Source: the human T2T-CHM13v2.0 reference genome, Homo sapiens
DNA: 64,000 nucleotides
Strand: one strand, 5' to 3'
Assembly: GCF_009914755.1 (NCBI RefSeq)
Contig: NC_060929.1
How positions within the stretch are numbered: the stretch's first letter is position 1; each line of letters starts with the position of its first letter. Below the pieces are notes generated by a model. That model did not search any database and was not told the origin of the DNA. It was given only the letters and a program-made list of their open reading frames with translations. This document shows positions 42,439 through 54,902 of the stretch, piece by piece. The position numbers and the translations under genes were made by a program.

Positions 42439-43949
42439 CTACCCCATGCAATCTCAACCCTTGCAGCCTGGAATATTATTCTCTGCTCCCCACGAAACCC
42501 ACCATTGTACTTTTTTTTTTAATTGACAGCTTAAATACTCTAAATTGTATAAATTCTGTGATAAAATAAAAGGGTCATGAGAGCCTAACATACCTAACAC
42601 AGAGCTACATCCATATGTAAGAGGAACTTGATTGGTCATTCAAACCATCTACTTCTGACTACACCACTCTCTCTGCTTTCCAGAACTTAGCGTGAATTGT
42701 AAACTACCAATTTAATACTAGATTATATAAATATATTATGTAACTCTCTAATTTGCTGCATGGAAGCAAGTTGTCTTTCCAAATAAAACACCAGATCCCA
42801 CAAAGCCCAACTTTAATTACCCATGGTACCTATCCCAGTGCTAGACACCCAGCAGGCAAGCCAACCAGTGCTCACTCTTTAGAAATTGGAGGAATTCAGA
42901 GGAGATATTAAACTAACAATTAGTTCTGCACACCAGAAGCAGGAGCCCCTCCCTGCTCCAAATCACATGTTGGTAGAAAAGCAAAACAACCAAGTGCGGC
43001 TCTGGTCAAGAAAAATAATCTCACCCCACATTAAACATCACACATCAACCCTGCTAGTTTTCCTAGATTTGTATATAAAATACTAAAACAATTTTTTAAA
43101 AGACTTTTAGAGTAGGACAGGGCAAGGAGCACAAGAATAAGAGTAAAATAATTTACTTTCTAAAAAGAGGGAGAGGAGAAATCGCAAGAAACAATAAAGA
43201 AAGAGGAAGGGGGCAAATCAAATTCACAAGAACGCCATGTGAACTTGGGAGCTCGCAGAAGGCAGAGCTGAGTTAGGAGCAATAAAGTGCCCCTTTCTTC
43301 TTCCCACCCCTCAGGGGGTGATCCATGAGCTAAACTGAACTACTCATTGGCAGAAGATTGGATTGGTAGGGAAAGAGCACAGATTAGAGTCTGTTAAGCC
43401 AGCCTGATTTTCTCTGGCTCTTTAAAAAATTCTTTAGCTAAAAAAAGACTCTAAATAATGGCATTAGCTGCTAATCTAAAATGTTATCCACTTGTCCTAG
43501 CCTGCCAGCCTGCTTCCTGGGTGTGTTGGGTATAGAGTAAGGAAATGCAGAAGTGATAAAAGTCTACTTAAAATTAGAAGGCCTGGATCTTAGACATGGC
43601 ACAAACCTCAAGATCATGTGGTCTGGGGCAAAGACTTTGGATGGACAGGGATCCAGCTCTAGAGATGAGGCTAAACAGGTGAACTGTCTTGCCCTAGCGT
43701 AGGCATGTATCCTTTACTTCATAAAGATAAATTCTACCTAGAATCCAGTGGTGCCGATCACAAACATATACAACTGGAAGATGAAGGGAAGCCCTCTTAC
43801 CTCTCTGAGTCTGTACATGCCAATTCTACCTGACCTTGGAAGGTAACAGCAACTGTTAAGGCACCCCCAGCACAAGACATCATGGCAATGTGAGCCTATC
43901 ACCCTGATCTGATAACACCCTATGATAAAAATGGTGGCACAGGCTAAAT

Positions 43950-44180
43950 TATGAAAGTTAAGAAGGTAAGCCCTGGGGTTGGACTGTTTGGGTTCAAGTC
44001 CCATCTCTCTACCACTTGGCAACTGAACCACTTACTTATTTAACTTCCCCAAGCTTCAATTTCCTCATCAGTAAAATGAGAACAACATCATACGCAGTGG
44101 TGAGAATCCCACAAGAGCACTACCAAACATTTATCATATTGCCTGGCAGGAACTAAGTGCTCAGTGAATGAATGTTAGCT
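43950..44180 (+). mobile_element. MIR SINE
   Basis: 'gggttcaagtccc...cttcaatttcctcatcagtaaaatgag...gcctggcaggaactaagtgctcagtgaatg'. Confidence 0.72.
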
Positions 44181-44519
44181 AATATTAGTCACACTCTGCA
44201 TTTTCTGTAGCTTTTTCTTAGATGTCTTCTGATCAAATTCTGATTCTGTACAATGCAAGCCTTGACAAATGGCCTCAAACTTGGTTAATATTTTTCTGCT
44301 TCTACAAAAATAAAAGGCACTCATGTAATTTTATTCGATTAAAAACAACCATCATCACTACTACAATTACTATTACTACTTTCTACTACTATACCACCTG
44401 GCTTATGAAACCTCATTTTTTTTCTTTCTTTCCTCTTTCTGTCATTCTTCCCTCTCTCAAGATTGCATGTGCTCTCTTATTAACTAGGACTTTTCCTTCC
44501 TTTATAAAAAAAATATGGT

Positions 44520-44710
44520 ATAGTTCAAATCCAGTCTCTAGTCCTATCTGGCTGTGTAACCTTGGGCAAGCTTTTTAACCTCTCTGAAACTCAGTTTACT
44601 CATATGTAAAATTAGAATAACAGGAGTATTGCATACAAGCCTATTGTGAGGCTTAAAGTAATACCCATAAAGTGCCTACACATGATGAACCCTTAGCAAG
44701 TCTGAGCTAT
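44520..44710 (+). mobile_element. MIR SINE
   Basis: 'gttcaaatcc...gctgtgtaaccttgggcaagctttttaacctctctgaaactcagtttactcatatgtaaaat'. Confidence 0.78.
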
Positions 44711-47263
44711 TTCTCCATTCCCACCATTATACAATGGATTTCTTTATTTGGGGCAGTATCAAATTCTCTCCCTGCATGAAAAGGCAGAGAAAATTGTGTG
44801 TGCCAAGTAGCCTGTACGAAAACCTAAATATAGAAATAGTTTAGAATATTACAAAAAAGGGTTCACTTCTACAAGGATCATTCTTCTGAACATCAGGACA
44901 ATCATGATGATAACAGCCCAATTTAAAGTCCTACATCCAGGTACCCAACTGCTAATGCAGTTGGATTTGCTTGTTTTAAAAGAAGATCTGCACAAATATT
45001 TTGGGAAACAGTTTGCACCAGGACAGGGTCATAGTTGATTTATGACATAGCTACAACCAAGAGCAGCACGAAAGCAGGGGCTGGACAATGAAGGAGCATG
45101 CATCCTCCACCCTCAGCTCCTGGCTGGACCCACCCTGACCCCTGGGACAGAGTGAAGAGGGGCTCCTGGCACACACAAGGCAGTGGCACTGGAGGGACAG
45201 AGGAGGGAGGAGGACAAAGATATTACATTAATGGGTTTTCCTTCCTATGACTTTCATCAATTTTGTTATATAGAAACAGATCCTTTAAAGCAATTTGGAT
45301 AAATCCAAGTTACATGCTAACCTCCCTTTGCTGTTCCCAAAACAGGTCAAGAAAGTAGGAAAGTGAGAAAAAATGGAGGGACCTTGATTAAGCGTAAGGC
45401 AGAGGTGCAAATGCATGATTTCCTGATGTGTCCTTATTCCATATTCAATGGAGTCCACTTGGGTTAAGAAGGCACAAGGTTTTACAGGAAGCTTCAGACT
45501 AACCCACCTCCTTCTCAAAGGGTCAGTAATTTTTAATGCCAATTTTGAGCTCCACTTTGACTACAATGACATGAAACAAGGAGTCCGTATTATATTTACT
45601 CTTCCCATCTCTCAACTTCCTTGATAAGCAACAGAAAGAAAGATGGAAAAGGTAGAAGATACAGCCCACAAGACCTGGGACAGTCTGTCCTCATGAGGAC
45701 TGCTGTCTCCAGCAGGAGGAAGACAGCAGGCTGGCAGCAAAACATGCCATGAATTTGATGCTTCTAATTTACAACCCAATAGTTTCAACAAAACATAGAG
45801 TACAGTTGGCAAGGGGAAGTTACTCCACCTTTCATACCTGAAATGTTCCATCTTGCCTAAAAATTAGTTGAGTGGGCTGGGAAGCTCATCTCTGATTTGG
45901 CTTTATGAGAACTTTGATTCTACGACCAAATGCATACCCCTTGTTTGCTGAGTAGAAAATACCAAGGCAGCAGCAGCACAAGCTAGCAAGGGGCCTGCCT
46001 GAGTGGGTTACTGGCAGTAAGCAGTATACACAGAAGGCTTACAAAGAACAGCGTCTGTTCTGGAAAGACAAACATACCCAAGTATCACAGTCTTAACTTT
46101 CTGCTCATCTGCATGGCCCCTCTAGAGAGAAAACAACACAAAGAAATAGGCTAAACCAGTGTCACGGGAGCACAGCTAGAAATGGAAATCTTTGTGTGGC
46201 CATATACAAATCACTTACATTCTATAGGCTTTGGGCAGCTGCTCTCTGGCTATGTAACTATTTGTCTTGGAGCTTCACTATCCTTATCAAGAAAAGAAAT
46301 ATGCTACGAGTATCTACCTCGTAGTGTAGAAAGAAGGGTGAGATGATCTACCTCAAGGTTTAGCACATTGCCTAGCATATGGTAAGTCTCAGTAAGTTAG
46401 GATGACTACATGCTTACAAAGCAAATGGGGTGAATGAACCCTATGGTACCTTGTAACCCTAACATTGTTTTTATTCTAAACTTTAGTGAAGTGAAAGAGA
46501 GAGTGCTCGGAGCATGCTGGCTAAGAAACTGGGGCTCAGAACTGAGAACACAATGGCAGATTTGCCACGGCATCTATATAACGGGATGCATGTTTTGTAA
46601 TCTTGAGCTGATGCTGATGGTTGCCAGACAAGTCAACTGGTAGGTTAAAAGAACAATCACAGTGCTTGGACAGTACTGCACAATTAGAACATAGTCATTT
46701 TCATGGGGTTGCAGTCACACACTGAGATGCTTGAGAGCTGTAAATTCCTAGAGCTAGAAAAAGCCCTTTGTGGTTCTAGGTTCTCCCAGCAAATCACTCT
46801 GTCTGATGAATAGTCACCAAATAAGTCAAGAACCACCTACACCTGGATTATGCTGCCATTGAATGATGTTCCTTGAAGATCAGGCTACCGTAGACTCTTT
46901 CTGCAAAATAGTCACAGATTACACCCTTGCTAAAACTTGAATGGGCTTTTTCTATACATCTTGTGACTTTGCATCTCCTCTTCAATTCCCAACATACAAT
47001 AGGACCTCCACACCATGGCAAGCCCAAGAAGACAAACTGCAAAACAGAAGCTCTCCCATTGCTTATGGGCCAAAGAAAGGAAGTCATTCCAGTAGTAACT
47101 GTTGCCTCCTGGTAAACCCAAACCAACTCTTCTAGTTTCCCCAAATTCTGTAGACTGAAGCTGGCCCACCCAGAGCGGCACCACTAGAGTCTACACATTC
47201 TATTAGAAATTCAAGTATAGACAGTATCTTCAACTAGATCAAGCTATTAGATATTAATGTTCA

Positions 47264-47413
<150 letters not shown>

Positions 47414-49989
47414 TCAACACACATGAAAAAGAGAAGGAGTCTGCTGTTAGAACCAAACTTTAATGATGAAGACTTGAGAAAAAGGAAAAAAAAAATCTTT
47501 TATCTTTTCACTAACAGAAAGTCCCTCAAGATCTCAGCATTTCCCAGCCACATTAGGACCTGAAACTTCAGGGTGCAACTTCAGTTTTTAAAAGCATTCT
47601 TTTCATTGTTTCTATTAAGATACATATATTTTACCCAAATCTTTATCAAACCTGAAACTTTATGAAATAAAACACAAAGCAAATTTTAATTTGTGAAATG
47701 CTAAGGATTTTTTTCTTATTAAATATGGGTGACTTTCTGGAATATATTGGAAACCTTACAGAATTGCTTCATAGTTAAATATATCTCCTGAAAAGAAAAC
47801 TTACGTTTTTTTAGATAAACATTACCATCCAATAGGAAACTAAGAAAGAGAGGAGCCTGGAGCGGGAAATGATTCTTGCTCCATGCCTTCTGTCTGAAAC
47901 ACTAACATTGCAACATGTCTCATTAAAAATCATTACGATTTTTTTTCAAATAAATGTCATAGATCCCATTTTACAGATGTGAAGAATGCAGGTCACTTGG
48001 GGTGAATTATGTAACCAAATAGCTGAGTCAGGGCTCAACCACAGAGTTTTCCATGACCTTTGCTTTGCTGTCTTTCCCAGGCATAAAACCCTAGAATTGA
48101 CTTTTTCAAAATTTCATATCTCTTTTCTTTCCATTATAAATGGCCCTTGGAGATGGGAAATAATTTGCAAATACTGTGATTCCAAATAGACTGGAGGTGG
48201 TTTGTTTAATGAGCATGGCATACTTTCAACAGAATTGCTGGGCATAAATGTAATTCTTGGATTGTTTTTAAAATCTCTCAGGGTGCACCTTCGTGCCACT
48301 GAGGGTTTTTAACTCTACAGTGTCATGCTTCTGTTCTCATGATTATTTTTATGAACAACAAGAAAGCAACATCCTAAAGGGAGATATTGTTCAAGGAGAG
48401 AAAATGGGACCCTCATCTTTAATAAAAAGTTTATTAAGTATCCAAGACTGACTTTCTGAGCATTGAAGCCAATGAGAGCACTAGTTAATTTTAACGGGAA
48501 AAAACTGGCAAAAAAATATTTGGACTTTGTCAAATTTGGCAAAATGTCATGCTTTAACTTTTGCAAGAAGGAAAGAAAATATTAAGTCCAGCCCGGTGGG
48601 ACCATTGCTCACGTGCCACCACACAAACAAATAGAATGGGTTTGATTTTGATTCAAATTAATCTTAAAAATTTGCACAGAGAAATTTGGAAATATCCAAA
48701 CTAAACATTTCATGTTGGCTGAACTCATAGCAATGCATTTACAACTAAAACTGGGCAGTTCAGATGACTTTTCTCTTCTCTACTTTCTCCCAAAAACAAA
48801 ATAATTAATCAAGAAGATGTAAATGATTCGTGACTTGACATTTCTTGTCTGATTTTTTAACATACATAGAGGTTGTGATCAGTGTTCCACAACTATAGGG
48901 CTTTTTCTTAAACAAAAGTGACCTTTAAAAGTAAAAAATGTTTAAATGCATGATTAAGTACTCCCAAACCAGTGGTACCATATGATGTATGATTTGAAGC
49001 AAGTTATAAGAGAAATAAACTATATTTAACAACTACATAAAGTTCTAAAAATATATGCAGTTTGGAAACATTTTGTTAATGTCCCCAAATATCAATTCTT
49101 AATTTATAACTCAGTCTACTTAGTTGCTAGAATGGAGTACAAAAGGTGTTATGATATCCCTAGTACTTCTGAGAAGAACAGGTTATTGGTTTAACTGAAT
49201 TGGTCTTGAGAGTCCTGACTGAGTCAAACTGTGGAATCCAATGGGGTCATTAATTGCTGACCCTGAGATTACCCACACAGATCACAAAATGGTCTTTGTG
49301 TTTATTATCAGTTTTAGCTTTGGAATTTCTGTTAATTTTTATTTTTTTAATCACACACACATATTTCTTTAGCTAAATACGGTCTCCTGCAGGCTTTCTC
49401 ATCATTGCACAAAGGGAGGTGGAAGGGGGTGTTTCTGTGTCTTTGAGAAACCCTCCTACAGGAAAGGCCTTAAAATAGCATGGCCAAGACCTGCTGGTTT
49501 TGAACTTGACCCCTTCCCTCTTTTTTCCCACTTGTTATACGTAGGATACAGAAGTCACGTGGGTGTACATGCATGCGTGTGTATGTGCTTTCAAACACTT
49601 CCCAAGGAAAGTTGCAATGTTTTCAAATACTGTGAGCAATTTTCCAGAAGCAAAGCTATATGTCAATGCCTCAGAGGCAAGAAAGAGCATCAAGCTTCCA
49701 GAGATAACCAGGTGAGGAAACAATATTTGACACCATTGTCTTAGTTTTAGAGAAATAAAGCCTTAAAGGAAGTACCCCAGGAAGAATGACACACCCCTCA
49801 GTCCCTCCTACCTCTACACTCAGCACCATCCACCATCCCTGCTTCGAGACTATATGCCATTCTTAGAGCAGGTAAGTCATTCAGACCTTTCTAAGTTTAG
49901 ACCTCTAAGGGTTCCAAAGCTCCTCCTATACATCTGTTATAACATATTAGTCTTGAGGGGAAGCTCTGTGACACCTCCCCACTGACAAA

Positions 49990-50475
49990 TTTCAAAAATA
50001 TGTAAAGGAATCATGAGCTATCCCAGAGAGAGAGGATGAGGAGGGGAAGCTAGTAGTATTTAGTAACTGGAGGTCAAACTGGGTATAGTGGCTCACACCT
50101 GTAAACCCAGCACTTTGGGAAGCCAAGGTGAAAGGATCTCTTGTGGTCAAGAGTTCAAGACTGGCCCAGGCAACACAGTAAGACTCTGTCTCTTGAAAGG
50201 TTTTTTAAAAACTAGCCAGGTGCAAGCCTGTCATACTAGCTACTGGGGAGGCTGAGGCAGAAGGATTGCTTGAGCCCAGGAGTTCAAGGCTGCAGTGAGC
50301 TATGACTGCACCACTGTACTCCAGACAGAGTGAGACTCTGTCTCTTAAAATAAATAAATAAATTAATTAAATTAAATTAAAGAATGCTAAGTATCCAACA
50401 ATGCATGAATGCATGGGATAGTCCCCATAAATGAAGAACCCCAACATGTCAATAATGCAATGTAGAAAACCCTGT
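49990..50475 (+). mobile_element. MER20-like hAT-Charlie relic split by the AluJ
   Basis: The left flank 'gctagtagtatttagtaactggaggtca' and right flank 'atgctaagtatccaacaatgca...atgtcaataatgc...agaaaaccctg' resemble consecutive parts of the MER20 consensus. Confidence 0.65.
50078..50381 (+). mobile_element. Diverged AluJ with small internal deletions, nested in a MER20-like element
   Basis: gtggctcacacctgtaaacccagcactttgggaagccaagg ... ggattgcttgagcccaggagttcaaggctgcagtgagctatga ... (taaa)n tail. Confidence 0.92.
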
Positions 50476-50509
50476 GACCAGCAAAAGAGAATCAGGCCCA
50501 AGAGCTATT

Positions 50510-50890
50510 GTTAAGAATTCACAGACCCATGTAGACCAAGGCAAGACATACAAACGAATGCAGCAGCTCAGGCTCTCAGAACAAGCATGAGATTAATGGC
50601 CACTGTTTCTCAACATCTGTAATGCAACGGGAAGGTGCTGGTGAATTGCACGTGCCCCAGGGAAAGGTGACAGCACTGCTCAGCTTCAGCCTTTGGTGAC
50701 CCCATAAAAATGCAGGCCTAGCATCGTCTGGGTTTCTGGTGATCTTTCCAAAGAAGCCAGGAAGCCACATTTTTATGTCAAATTTTTCAATCTTTCAATG
50801 TTGGAAACGAATTCAGTATTTTTTTAATGCGTAGGCCAAACAAAATGTTTGTGGGCTGGCTTTAACTCACAGGCTGCTATTTTACATTTT
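50510..50890 (+). mobile_element. MER102-like DNA transposon relic
   Basis: 'aagaagccaggaagccacatttttatgtcaaatttttcaatctttcaatgttggaaacgaattc...ggccaaacaaaatgtttgtgggctggc' resembles the MER102 3' half. Confidence 0.65.
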
Positions 50891-50904
50891 AACCCTACTC
50901 ACAA

Positions 50905-51440
50905 CACAACTGCCAGGCTAAAAGAAGACCTGGAAATACTTGCAATTGTGGCTAAAACTATAGGTACCCAAATGTTCATTGCGGTATTGACAGCAAAAAA
51001 TTCAGATGTCTAGGTGCTCCCAGTAGGGGGTGGTTAAAGAAATTATGGTATATTCACACGATAGAATACTAGGAGTGTCATTAAAATACACAAAACAATT
51101 CTATAAACTGATATGGAAAGATTTCAAAATAGGTTAGCAGGTGAAAAAAACAATTTGCAAACTAAAGGACAGTGTAATTAAGTTGATTTTTAAATGATAT
51201 ATATGAACCTGTATATGAACCAGTATGAGTATGCATGCAGTTATATGTGAACAAGTATGATGGACAAAGGCCTGGAAGGAAGGATATGCATAACTGTCCC
51301 CAGCAGGTCCTTATAAAAAGAACTAGACTGGGGTTGACAGAAAAGGAGGACTATTAACATTTATTCCCTATATATTTGTATGATTTAAATTTTTTCAATG
51401 TGTACAAATAAGGTACTATGTAATAATAATTTAAAAAATT
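50905..51440 (+). mobile_element. Old L1ME-like 3' UTR relic
   Basis: 'aatgttcattgcggtattg...ggttaaagaaattatggtatattcacacgatagaatact...actgatatggaaagatttc...gtgaaaaaaacaatttgcaa...ggcctggaaggaa'. Confidence 0.75.
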
Positions 51441-54400
51441 AAGTAGCAGCAGAACATTTAATTCTATGAGAGCAAACAGTTGTACTTTTTAGAGCAAAAT
51501 TACATTTTAAAAAAGGAAAATAAAACAAACAAAACAGCTGCGCTGACCCTGAGCCTCCCCTTCTCTCCTCATTTTGGATATGTTTTCTCTGAGAAAGCTC
51601 AGACAACATGCAAAGCAGCCAAGGACTTGTTTCTTACATTTGGGATACCCAGAGAGAAACAGAGGGGAGACAGGGAAAAATCACTTTTAATAGTCACAGT
51701 GGATGGATTCAGTGGAATTTGACTGTGAAAAGATTTATGAAAGAGTTCAATTCAGCACAGGGATGTGATAATCAATACAAGTCTATCTCCAAGCAAATAT
51801 TATGGAATGTGGGGGCAGTGTTTGAATACAAAACCACTTTTACCAGCAAATTTTTGATTTAATTAATACAAGATTCTTTCTTCCTCTCCAATGAATTTTC
51901 ACACTCATAAGTATCCGCAAGGCCAGTGACCCAATTTCTGGTTTTAAATCTCATTAAAAATAAAAGTTTAGGGTTAGGGGGTGGGGTTTGCCTCTTTTTT
52001 TAAATCCCTTCCCCCACCCCTCACCAGCCACGAAAGTAGAGGAGATTTTCCTTCCTTCAAACTATGACAATAACATGATTACCCTACCACAGTTTAGCAT
52101 AATGGCTCTGAAATGCTCATGGCACATTGCAGAGTTAAAATGGAAATTATTAGGTAGCTCTTCTTTGTTATAATAATGATCACTCCACAAATAAAAGCTC
52201 TTCTCCCAAAGGTACTGCAAGGCACAAAATGCTAATTCTGAAGATTATGTGTGTGCTTTTATTAAATATTACTATGCCCTGCCTGTTTGAGGGCTTCTCT
52301 GCTCTGATTGTTTTATGAGTACCATGTTAATGTCATTCCCATCTTGCTAGCAGCAGGCACACATTTTAGCGTTTGTATGAGAGTTGATCAAAGGCCACGT
52401 GCTGGGGGAATTGCTGAGAAAACACGGACAAGCGATAAAAATCTAACAGATTAATTGGTTTAAATTTCATTTCAGGGTGTTGAACTTTGGCTCAGGACTC
52501 TAATACTACACCGTGAGTCAGGGCCTAATTACCAGATTTCCAATTTGCTTCTTGAACAATGGTCATGGTGAGAAGGAAAAGAGAGGGAAGAATTAAAAAA
52601 AAAAAAAAAAGAAAGAAAGAAATCGTTCAGCTCCAGTACGTATTTAACAACTAATGTTCTGTGTGCAGACAACTGCACCAGGGGACATTTGCTATCACCT
52701 ACTCTATCTCCCGAGCATTTATATTTCCTTCGAACAGCCACAGAAGGCAGAAGAAATCAGAGATGCCCTCGGTAGTTTAAAATTTTCTGATTTACAGAAT
52801 AAGTGTTACATGATTCAAGTGCCTGCACACTCGCACTGGGAGCATCAGTCTCTTTATTAGCAAGGTGAATTTATAAGCTGGAATCGCACTTCAGCCTCCA
52901 ATAGAAATGATCTATTTCTTTGATAGAAAGCAAGGGCCAGGAGAGCCATGTTTACCTCGGGTTTTATGGGTAGCCTTGGGAATAAGGGTTAATTGAGCTC
53001 AGAGGTGCCTGCCCATTGAGGTGAATTAGTGGTGTGTGCAGCTATCAGCAGGGCCCTAGGGCTGCTCTTATTTTTCCTTCTGAAATCTCTCTGTGCTGTG
53101 ATCAATACCTCACTTGTTTGGGGTAGCCATATAGATGACCCAGGTTCAGCATTTATCATATCTTATCCCCAAAATGAGGCATTTGTGACAATCGATGTGA
53201 CATTATGAAAGCCTAATTAGAGATATATTGTTTGGCTTTTTTCTCCATTCCTGTATCTAAATACACTGGAGAAACAACACTCTGTGAGTTGATAAAATGT
53301 ACAAATTTAGAAATTTTCTAATCTAAATCTAAATCTAAATCTCAAGGTGATATAAGGTTCTTTTCCATTCCCATTACATATGGTGTAGGAAAACGTGCAC
53401 ACTCTCCTTTTCCAGAATTCTATTAACCAGAACTCTCTATTAGTGAGCATTTCTACAAAGCAGACCACTGATGCTTACAGTGGAGGTGAAAATACTGGCA
53501 CTAGCCTTTACTGGCTTCTGAGTAAAGACAGAAATATGAAATTATGTTAAGTTGATTTTAACATTTGGAGTATGACTGTATTTGAAAATGGGCAAGAGCT
53601 CCAGTTGTTCAAATTCCACATCTAGCACCTAGTGCAACCTTGAAACAGTCTCTTACCTTCTTTAAGTTGTAGTTTCCATAAGGGCACTCACCTCACAGAG
53701 TTCCAGCAAAATACACAGAAAATGCCTACTTGTGTTTTGTTGCTTTACTATGCACCACATAGTATGCTAGTTGCTGCTATAATAATTACCATCAGCTCCC
53801 CATTAACTAGAGTTTATTTACGAGAATACCCTATACTCTCATCAGTTCAGATTATGTATTTTATTGTAAGACTTTCCTAAGAACTCCCAGTTCAGCTGCT
53901 TGCTAACATATCCAACTAAATGTACTGAGTATGTGGAACTGGCAACAGTCCCTCCAAAGTAGAATGTTTTTTTAAGGATCTCATTTGCCTGGAATGAATA
54001 TTAATGGGAAACTTTTCAGAAATGAGGAATCGACTTTAATGTTATTGTCCCAAATTTTTGAGACTTGGCAGAAAACATAAAACCCATGAGCTCAGCTCAT
54101 TTCTACGGGATACTTGTGACCTCGTAAAACTCATGCTTTTCTCCCTTTTATCTCCTTAATTTTGGTGATGTTGTACTTGGGAGAAACGGAGAGACTATTG
54201 AGGGCACAAAATATTCCACTTGGACTCAGCGCACAGATATCTCTTCCTCCTGCTCGATCTGAATGCTTGTTTTTGCTGGTGTTTTTTTTTTTTTTTTCAG
54301 TGAATGATGACCTTCCTGCTCACAGCTCCTTAGCACTACAACCTGCCTTCTTTGATCCTGAAACTAGCAGCTACTGGACAGGCAAGAGGACAAACAGAAG

Positions 54401-54860
54401 GTTTTCTTCCAGCTGGAAGACTGGACCTCTGTATTTTCACCATGCACAGGAGGCAAATCTATTCTTTGTTTATCCATTCTCCAACTGGATGCTTTAGAAA
54501 CCAGAAGCAATTAGAATGCCTGACCTGAACCATGGTACCAGAGTATGCAAACTTCACTTTCAGAATGCTAACTCCAAATAAACAAATAAACTCAGCCAAT
54601 AAACAAACAAATTTGACAGTTTCCTCATGCAAGGTGTAGCAGCCTTTATAACACTTATGCTGTTGCTTTAACTTGTGTTACTAGGGATTTGTTTCTGCCT
54701 TACTTTATTTTCTTCAGTAATTGCATTATGCAGTTAAGCATTTTATTGTTTATTAGGGTTTTTATTTCATTTTGTTATTTGTCTGCATTTATTGTCCTGT
54801 CCACTAGCATATCTAGATAATACTTGGCAAAGATTCATGTATTATATATGAAAAAGAGTC

Positions 54861-54866
54861 GTGTGT

Positions 54867-54901
<35 letters not shown>
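54861..54901. repeat. (GT)n microsatellite, ~41 bp, with one interruption
   Basis: Directly visible. Confidence 0.95.

Positions 54902-54902
<1 letters not shown>

Noticed and set aside
51968-52024. (TTAGGG)2 with G-runs and a ggggtgggg/ccccacccc hairpin
   Set aside because: Only two telomeric units, three G-tracts and a 9-bp stem, which is too weak to call an interstitial telomere, G4 or structured RNA.
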